This document shows, one piece after another, positions 58,133 through 64,000 of a stretch of 64,000 nt of DNA. The notes below the pieces were generated by a model. That model saw only the letters and a list, made by a program, of their open reading frames with translations. It had not been told where the DNA came from and searched no databases. Numbering within the stretch: the first letter of the stretch is position 1; each line of letters opens with the position of its first letter. This stretch comes from an uncultured Clostridia bacterium (lineage in GTDB: Bacteria > Bacillota > Clostridia > Christensenellales > CAG-917), in the NCBI GenBank assembly GCA_944332995.1, contig CALVKR010000002.1:191752-255751 (forward strand), given 5' to 3'. The translations under genes and the position numbers were made by a program.

Positions 58133-58373
58133 AACAATCTTAAACTATTATATATTACATTGGCAAATTTAACAAGCGTTAAGCCTAAAATCACTCATTG
58201 CGCCGTCGGCAATTTAAAACAGTTTTTAAATCATAATTCCTATAATTGAAATCGGACGGCAAATTTTTAATTTTATACAAATCATTAAAGCCAAAAATTA
58301 TTTTTTAAAGTTTATTAGTTAGCCGTAAATTTAAAGCCGTGATTTTATAAATCATCAAACCCTTAAACTTATA

Positions 58374-58536
58374 AATTTATAAAATGACCTGCATATATAA
58401 TTTGTAAAATGCCCTGTAAATATAATTTATAAAATGACCTGTAAATATAATTTGTAAAACGACCTGCATATATAATTTGTAAAACGACCTGCATATATAA
58501 TTTGTAAAATGCCCTGTAAATATAATTTATAAAACG
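58374..58536. repeat. 25-bp tandem repeat, 6.5 copies
   Basis: Head-to-tail units AATTT(A/G)TAAAA(T/C)G(A/C)CCTG(C/T)A(T/A)ATAT at 58374, 58399, 58424, 58449, 58474, 58499 and a partial unit at 58524. Lies upstream of the ABC-like gene. Confidence 0.9.
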
Positions 58537-58537
58537 T

Positions 58538-58566
58538 AAAAAAGCACGGAAACCCGTGCTTTTTGT
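58538..58566 (-). terminator. Rho-independent terminator after the 356-aa ORF
   Basis: 7-bp stem AGCACGG/CCGTGCT with a 4-nt loop, with A-runs and T-runs on both sides. Confidence 0.7.
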
Positions 58567-58610
58567 TTTAAGTTAATTTGACAAGCTGCGTTTATTTTAA
58601 ACGGAGCTGA

Positions 58611-59681
58611 CTACATTCTCGTCTTTTTGTATTCGCCGATACCCGTCATACCGTCCACTTTATAGACGTTGCCGTCCGTATCCTTTAAAGTTCCGTAAAT
58701 AGTTCCGAAAGGCAAGAGATACTTGACGTCGATGACGATAAAGTGCATGGGCATTTTGAAGGTTTGGTCAATCTCGAAACGAATATCGACGCAGCCGTGC
58801 TCGTCTTTGACGTACCAAATATTTTTATTCTTTTTGTCCCTCGTAAACTTGACGGGGGGAAGCGGAGAGCTGTCGTTTTCAAGCCAAATGAGATTTTCGT
58901 TGTAGTCGTCCTGGTTTGTCGACTGATTTCTCGTGAGGTTGAAGGCAAAATATTTTTCCTTGCCGTCGATGTCGAGTTTGCCCATTGCGGTGAGCCAATC
59001 GTAGTGGGCAATGAAAGGATAATATCCCTTGTGGTCGTCGATGATAGAAACGGTATTGCCGTTGGATTCGTATTTCTTGCCGTTTATCGAGATATATCCG
59101 ACAGCTTTAAAAAAGTCCTTTTCGGAATAGAGCGGCTTATTTTTGCCGAACGGTATGCACACGTTGGAAATGGGAGAAACTCTCTCGACGCTCATATCAA
59201 TCTCAAACTTGCCGTATTTTTTGTTTTCCGAGTAGCCTACCGCCCTCGCCTTGCCGTTTTTGAGGTCGTTGATTATCTTATAATCCGACTTTTTGGTTTT
59301 GAGTTCGCTGACGCCGTTTACAAGCTGAGGTGCAACGTGTGCGGCTTTAGCCGAAACAAAGTTTTTCCAGCTGTATATCTTATGGGCGGCCTTGTCGTAT
59401 ACCACCATAATGGAAAAGCCGAGCGAGCCGGTATTGTATATGGCGCTGACGAGCGACAACTCGTCCATATTGATTTCAAACGCTTCCCACTCGGTGAGAC
59501 GCTTGCGGTTTAAGCAATGCGGATACAATGCGCCGCAGGGTTTGCGACAGTCGAGCAAATTGAGCGTTTCAAACGGCTCGTCAAAAGTGCCGAACTGTGC
59601 TTTTCCGTCAATGACGATTTTATCCGGCGTCGCTACGGGACGCCTTTTGGGTGATATGTAGTTAGGATATTCTTTGTTCAT
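58611..59681 (-). CDS. Hypothetical protein (possibly DUF2804 family)
   Basis: 356-aa ORF with protein-like composition. The family assignment comes from recollection of the general pattern only. The long plus-strand ORF 58743..59513 is its antisense shadow. Confidence 0.4.
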   Translation of the reverse strand: MNKEYPNYISPKRRPVATPDKIVIDGKAQFGTFDEPFETLNLLDCRKPCGALYPHCLNRKRLTEWEAFEINMDELSLVSAIYNTGSLGFSIMVVYDKAAHKIYSWKNFVSAKAAHVAPQLVNGVSELKTKKSDYKIINDLKNGKARAVGYSENKKYGKFEIDMSVERVSPISNVCIPFGKNKPLYSEKDFFKAVGYISINGKKYESNGNTVSIIDDHKGYYPFIAHYDWLTAMGKLDIDGKEKYFAFNLTRNQSTNQDDYNENLIWLENDSSPLPPVKFTRDKKNKNIWYVKDEHGCVDIRFEIDQTFKMPMHFIVIDVKYLLPFGTIYGTLKDTDGNVYKVDGMTGIGEYKKTRM

Positions 59682-59748
59682 AATTTCTCCGTTTAAATTT
59701 ATTTATTTTCCCTTTTAAATTTATTTGTTTTAGCCATAAGGCTTTTTA

Positions 59749-61137
59749 TCAGATAATATACGCCTTGTTTTTCTTGGGCGCATTTTCGAGTTCCTGCTTT
59801 TTGGCTTCGTAACCTTTACGGTTAAAGAGCGCATACGTCGCATTTTTGCCCGCTTCGACTCCCGGTTGATTGAAAGTGTCGATGTTGAGCATCTCTCCGC
59901 AATATGCGGTCTGAAGCTGGAAGAACATCAAAAGCTGACCTATCGTGTGAGCGTTGACTTCGGGAAGAAGTATCGTGTTGTTCATATGCTTAGAGCAAGT
60001 CAAAGCGTATTCGGTGGCGACTCTTTCGGTATTGATAAGCTCGCTCATGGTATGACCGCAGAGGAAGTTGACGTCGGGGAATTCTTCTGCGCCGTTTGCG
60101 ATAGTCACGTCGCCTCTGAATTTTTCCACGCCGATAATGGTGATAACCTTATCGAAAGGTCCTTCGGTGTAAAGCTGAACCTGACTGTGTTGGTCGGTAA
60201 CGCCCAAAGCCTTGACGGGAGTTTGTCCCGCATTTACCACTTTGCCGTTTTTATCTACCGCCTTGCCGAGCGACTCGCCCCAAAGCTGGCAATACCAATC
60301 GGCTATATATTTAAGGCTGTCGGCATAAGGCATCATAACGGAAATGTTTTTGCCTTTCTTCATTGAAATATATGAAAGAAGCGCCGCCATAAGTGCGGGA
60401 TTTTTGTGTGCGTCATCTAGCGAGCAAAGTTTATCCATAAACTTTGCACCCTCGAGCATAGCCTTAATGTCTATGCCCAAAACGGCGGCAGGCAAAAGTC
60501 CCACGGGGCAGAGTTCGGAAAATCTGCCGCCCACGCCGTCGGGAATGTAAAAGGTTTTAAATCCTTCCTTTTTGGCGAGCTTGATGAGATTTCCCTTTGT
60601 TTCGGAAGTGGTGGCAACAATGTTTTTGCTGAATTTGTCGCCTAGCTTTTTCTTCAATATATCCGTGATTATAAGATATTGGCTCATCGTTTCCGACGTA
60701 GCGCCACTCTTTGTAATGACGTTAAAGCAGGTCTTTTCCACGTCGATGACGTCTAAAAGGGCGAGCATTCTTTCGGGGTCTACGTTGTCCTCGACAAAGA
60801 ATTTAAGCCCTCTCTTTTCCTTGGGCAGGTCATTATAGCGGAAATGGCAAAGCGCAGTGAACACCGCGATGGGACCCAAAGCACTGCCGCCTATACCCAA
60901 AACGACGAAGTTTTCAAAGTTCTTGTTTATCTCTTTTGCGGTGGCGATTATATCCTCGACTACGCCGTCCTGATTGTAAGGAAGGTCCGCCCATCCCATC
61001 ATTTCAGTGCCCCTGTTAGCCTGGAAATAGTCGAATGCCGCTTTAGATACGGGGTTGTCGAGCTCGGACGCCTTGATGCCCTGCTCGCCGATAAAATCGC
61101 TCATCATATTGTTAAAATCGAATTTAATAGCTTCCAT
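59749..61137 (-). CDS. pgi: Glucose-6-phosphate isomerase
   Basis: 462 aa with GIGGSALGP, KSGATSET and the C-terminal catalytic region (QPGVEAGK). Confidence 0.9.
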   Translation of the reverse strand: MEAIKFDFNNMMSDFIGEQGIKASELDNPVSKAAFDYFQANRGTEMMGWADLPYNQDGVVEDIIATAKEINKNFENFVVLGIGGSALGPIAVFTALCHFRYNDLPKEKRGLKFFVEDNVDPERMLALLDVIDVEKTCFNVITKSGATSETMSQYLIITDILKKKLGDKFSKNIVATTSETKGNLIKLAKKEGFKTFYIPDGVGGRFSELCPVGLLPAAVLGIDIKAMLEGAKFMDKLCSLDDAHKNPALMAALLSYISMKKGKNISVMMPYADSLKYIADWYCQLWGESLGKAVDKNGKVVNAGQTPVKALGVTDQHSQVQLYTEGPFDKVITIIGVEKFRGDVTIANGAEEFPDVNFLCGHTMSELINTERVATEYALTCSKHMNNTILLPEVNAHTIGQLLMFFQLQTAYCGEMLNIDTFNQPGVEAGKNATYALFNRKGYEAKKQELENAPKKNKAYII

Positions 61138-61318
61138 AACTACTCCTTAAAATTTGATTGTTTCCCTTATTTTTATCCGATGTATTTTGTGTTATAAATA
61201 GTTTTTCTTTGATTTTCCTATAAAACGGTTTTTACATTGATTTTCCGTTTTGACTCTCAGAAGTAATCTATCGGATATCTTTTACCGACAAACGACTTTA
61301 GCAACCGACGGAAAAAGT

Positions 61319-62113
61319 TTAACCGTTGTTGACCTTATCCATTATCTCTTTAAGCCTGTCAAACGGAGCATAAAGAGCGTTTAAGTTTTGATAGTCTTTT
61401 GAATAGAGTTCGATGAGCACGGGGCCGTCATAACCGCTGTCTTTAAGCGTTTTAAACAGTTTTTCGTAGTCCACCGTTCCCTCGAAAGGAAGGCAGGTAT
61501 TTCCGTTTTCGTCGAAGTCGGAAATGTGCACCGTCTTTAAGCGGTTGCCGTATACCTTTATAAACTCGTTATAATCGACGCCTGCCTGTCTTGCCTGTTT
61601 GATGTCAAGCGTAGCTTTAAGATGAGGAGCGCCGCTCGATATTATTTCAAAGATACAAGGCTCGTTGTTTATTGCCCAATGGACGTTCTCGAGGCACAAA
61701 TCCATGCCGTATTCGTTTGCCCACAAAGCAAGCTCCTCGTATCTTTGGCTAACCAAAGGAAAATCGTATTTAGTCGTTTTTTTAAGACGGGTCTGACCGT
61801 GAAAAGTATAGTTTTGCGCACCTAAAATTTTGCCTGCGGAAAGCACCTTTTCAAACAGCTTTTCGCCGTCACGCCTCGTTCTTTCGGCAGGATTAAAAAG
61901 CATAGGCTCAAAACTTGTCGTATAGTCGTGAACGGAATGAACTCTAACGCCCATAAGACGGTCGGACAAAACTCTTGCAAAATCCGATTCGTATTCGCAA
62001 AACGTGGTCAAAAAAACTTCGCAGACGTTAAATCCGTAGCGGCGGACAAGCTCTAAGGTATCTTCCGTTTTCGCTACGTTAAAAAACGTCGCTGTGCAAA
62101 TCCCCAATTCCAT
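61319..62113 (-). CDS. Sugar phosphate isomerase/epimerase (xylose isomerase-like TIM barrel)
   Basis: AP_endonuc_2-like pattern (MELGICTATF..., HS/HG..., LENVH, D...H). The ATG at 62113 is preferred over the ORF track extension to 62278. Confidence 0.7.
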   Translation of the reverse strand: MELGICTATFFNVAKTEDTLELVRRYGFNVCEVFLTTFCEYESDFARVLSDRLMGVRVHSVHDYTTSFEPMLFNPAERTRRDGEKLFEKVLSAGKILGAQNYTFHGQTRLKKTTKYDFPLVSQRYEELALWANEYGMDLCLENVHWAINNEPCIFEIISSGAPHLKATLDIKQARQAGVDYNEFIKVYGNRLKTVHISDFDENGNTCLPFEGTVDYEKLFKTLKDSGYDGPVLIELYSKDYQNLNALYAPFDRLKEIMDKVNNG

Positions 62114-62388
62114 ACTGAGATTATAAAGCACAAAGTGCCGATAGTCAATAAAAAGCCGAAAATAATGCCTTAAATTTCCGCTCGTCAAGTTTATACACAA
62201 CGTTTCGGGCGTTGCGCTGGGCAAACTCTCTTTCGCAAAACTCTTAGATGCGACTAAATTGATAAAATTTAAATGCAATTTAAAAAACTCCGCCTATACG
62301 GAGTTTTACATAGCAACATGAAAACATAAAAACGCCAAAAATGAAATTTTTGATAGCGTTATATGATAATCTGTTTCAAATAAAATTT

Positions 62389-62593
62389 TAAACGCCTGTT
62401 TTAACGTTTGTTTTTAAAAACAAGTGTTTGCTAAACGTTTGTTGTTGCCAAACGTTTGTTTTGGCTAAACAAGTGGTTTGGCTCACGTTTTTTGCTAAAC
62501 GAGTGTTTTGGCTACACGTTTGTTTTTTCTAAACGTTTGCTTTGGCTAATCGGGTGTTTTTGCTAAACGAGTGCTTGCCAAACGTTTAATAAT
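62389..62593. repeat. 17-bp degenerate tandem repeat, about 12 copies, each with a palindromic AAACGTTT-like core
   Basis: Units CTAAACGTTTGTTGTTG / CCAAACGTTTGTTTTGG / CTAAACAAGTGGTTTGG / CTAAACGAGTGTTTTGG and similar. Lies between the trkA stop and the TIM-barrel gene start. Confidence 0.85.
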
Positions 62594-62627
62594 TAGTTTC
62601 AACCGGTTTAAAATATCTGTATTTCCT

Positions 62628-63299
62628 TTAATTTATGTTGTTGGCAAGTTTAATGAGCTCGTCGCTGTGTCCGAGCGTCACGACGTGGTCACCCTTTTGG
62701 AATTTAAAATCAGGCGACGGCGACGGGATAAACTCCTTGCCTCTCTTTACCGCCAAAATGTTGATATTATAATTTTTGCGGACGTCGATTTCAAGTATGC
62801 TCATACCGTCCCAGCCTTCCATGATGGGTATTTCAAACAGAGAATAATCGGCGGTGAGCTGAATATAGTCAAAGACGTTGTTTGAGCTGTATTTAATTGC
62901 AAGGCGTTCGGCGTTATCCTTTTCGGGGTAAACCACTTCGGTTGCGCCCGTCTTAAGGAGAAATTTTGCCTGCGACTCCCTGCTCGCTTTCGACACGACT
63001 CTCTTTGCGCCGCATTCGGAAAGGAGCGACGTGATTTCAAGCGAGGATTGGAAATTGTCGTCGATAGCCACAAAACAAGTATCGAATTGGTCGACGCCTA
63101 TCGTCTTTAAAACCGCTTCGTTAGTGCAATCGCCTATATGAGCGTTGGTGAACACGGGAGCAAGTTCTTCTATTTTTCTTTCGTCGATATCGACAATCAT
63201 GACCTCGTTGCCGAGTTCTAAAAGTTTTAAGGCAAGATACTTTCCGTATTCGCCCATTCCTATGACGAGCATTGATTTTTTACCAATTTTCTTTGCCAT
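62628..63299 (-). CDS. Trk/Ktr potassium uptake system NAD-binding subunit (TrkA/KtrA)
   Basis: 223 aa with a Rossmann GxGxxG (VIGMGEYGKYLA) TrkA_N domain plus a TrkA_C domain. Confidence 0.85.
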   Translation of the reverse strand: MAKKIGKKSMLVIGMGEYGKYLALKLLELGNEVMIVDIDERKIEELAPVFTNAHIGDCTNEAVLKTIGVDQFDTCFVAIDDNFQSSLEITSLLSECGAKRVVSKASRESQAKFLLKTGATEVVYPEKDNAERLAIKYSSNNVFDYIQLTADYSLFEIPIMEGWDGMSILEIDVRKNYNINILAVKRGKEFIPSPSPDFKFQKGDHVVTLGHSDELIKLANNIN

Positions 63300-63306
63300 A
63301 ACACAC

Positions 63307-64000
63307 CTAACCTATTATGATTTTTTCCGTCGGCCTCTCAAGCGGCACGACTTTATTTTTACCTGCAAATATCATTGCAAAGGAGAGCATTCCCACCCTT
63401 CCTATATACATAAGCAAAATCAAAACTACCTTTCCGACAACCGCCACGTGGACGGAAAGTCCCACGGAATATCCCACCGTCGAAAGCGCAGACACCACCT
63501 CGAAAACGACGTCGGCAAGAGAATACTCGGGAGCCACGATACAGATAATCCCGCAGCCGATTATCGCAAGCGCAAGATACATTGACAAAAGGCCGTATGC
63601 CTGATGCACGTTTGCGGAATCTATCCTTCTGTTGCCCACGGTGATATCCTTTTTGCGGCGCACGTTGGCGATTATGCTGAAAATCAAAACGACGAGAGTT
63701 GTAGTCTTGATACCGCCGGCAGTAGAACCGGGGCTGCCGCCGATAACCATCATTATTATCGAAAGGAGCTTTCCTCCCTCGCTCATTTTGGCGGGATCAA
63801 TCATTGCAAAACCTGCCGTCCTAAGCGATACCGCCTGGCTCAGGCACGCCAAAAACTGTTCCCCTGAAGTATAACCTTTTAATGCGTAATTGTTTTCAAA
63901 CACAAAATATAAAAGAGCCGTCACACCGACGAGAAGTATCGACGCTATGAGCACTATTTTCGAGTGAAGCGAAAACTTTTTGAAATTGAATTTGTGTTTT
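63307..64000 (-). CDS. Trk/Ktr potassium transporter membrane subunit (TrkH/KtrB). C-terminal part only; the N-terminus lies beyond the window.
   Basis: The reading frame stays open to the window edge. Multi-TM with selectivity-filter-like motifs (RTAGF, GGSPGSTAGGIKTTT, STVGYS). Confidence 0.8.
   Translation of the reverse strand, partial: KHKFNFKKFSLHSKIVLIASILLVGVTALLYFVFENNYALKGYTSGEQFLACLSQAVSLRTAGFAMIDPAKMSEGGKLLSIIMMVIGGSPGSTAGGIKTTTLVVLIFSIIANVRRKKDITVGNRRIDSANVHQAYGLLSMYLALAIIGCGIICIVAPEYSLADVVFEVVSALSTVGYSVGLSVHVAVVGKVVLILLMYIGRVGMLSFAMIFAGKNKVVPLERPTEKIIIG

Noticed and set aside
58374-58536. Possibility that the 25-bp array, the 17-bp array at 62389-62593 or the T-rich array at 56265-56392 is a CRISPR array.
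   Set aside because: The units are directly adjacent with no unique spacers, the unit lengths and AT-richness are atypical for CRISPR repeats, and no cas genes are present in the window.

Overview
The window looks like a chromosomal segment of a low-to-mid-GC, spore-forming Firmicute (Clostridia-like). Supporting markers are yqfC/yqfD, a SCIFF peptide with its maturase, and the gene order ruvCAB-queA-tgt-yajC-secDF-recJ-relA. About 90% is coding, mostly on the minus strand. Housekeeping genes I recognise: tsaC/sua5 (partial), recO, era, ybeY, a PgpH-like HD protein, yqfD, yqfC, dnaB, pepF, DUF1846, a type IIA topoisomerase pair (ParE/ParC-like), murG, lgt, pnp, rpsO, a hemZ-like radical SAM gene, relA/spoT, recJ, secD, secF, yajC, tgt, queA, ruvB, ruvA, ruvC, pgi, and trkA/trkH-like genes. 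I found no rRNA, tRNA, CRISPR array, transposase or integrase. The stand-out region is a co-directional seven-gene cluster at about 23.06-30.85 kb, headed by a near-consensus sigma-A promoter. It encodes, in order: an XRE regulator, an SPFH/YdjI-like protein, a 335-aa coiled-coil protein, a 198-aa Snf7/PspA (ESCRT-III)-like helical protein, a 933-aa Zn-ribbon-TIR-helical repeat-3TM protein, a Vps4-like AAA+ ATPase with an MIT-like N-terminus, and a Zn-ribbon-trypsin-like protease. I read this as a candidate membrane-remodelling or membrane-damage module wired to a TIR effector and a protease. It does not match any named defence system I know. All family calls come from reading the translations by eye and need HMM or structure confirmation. 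Secondary oddities: three intergenic tandem-repeat arrays (25 bp x 6.5, 17 bp x about 12, about 12-13 bp x about 10), a roughly 960-bp ORF-free region containing a perfect 15-bp inverted repeat, and an orphan ABC-type ATPase with degenerate catalytic motifs.
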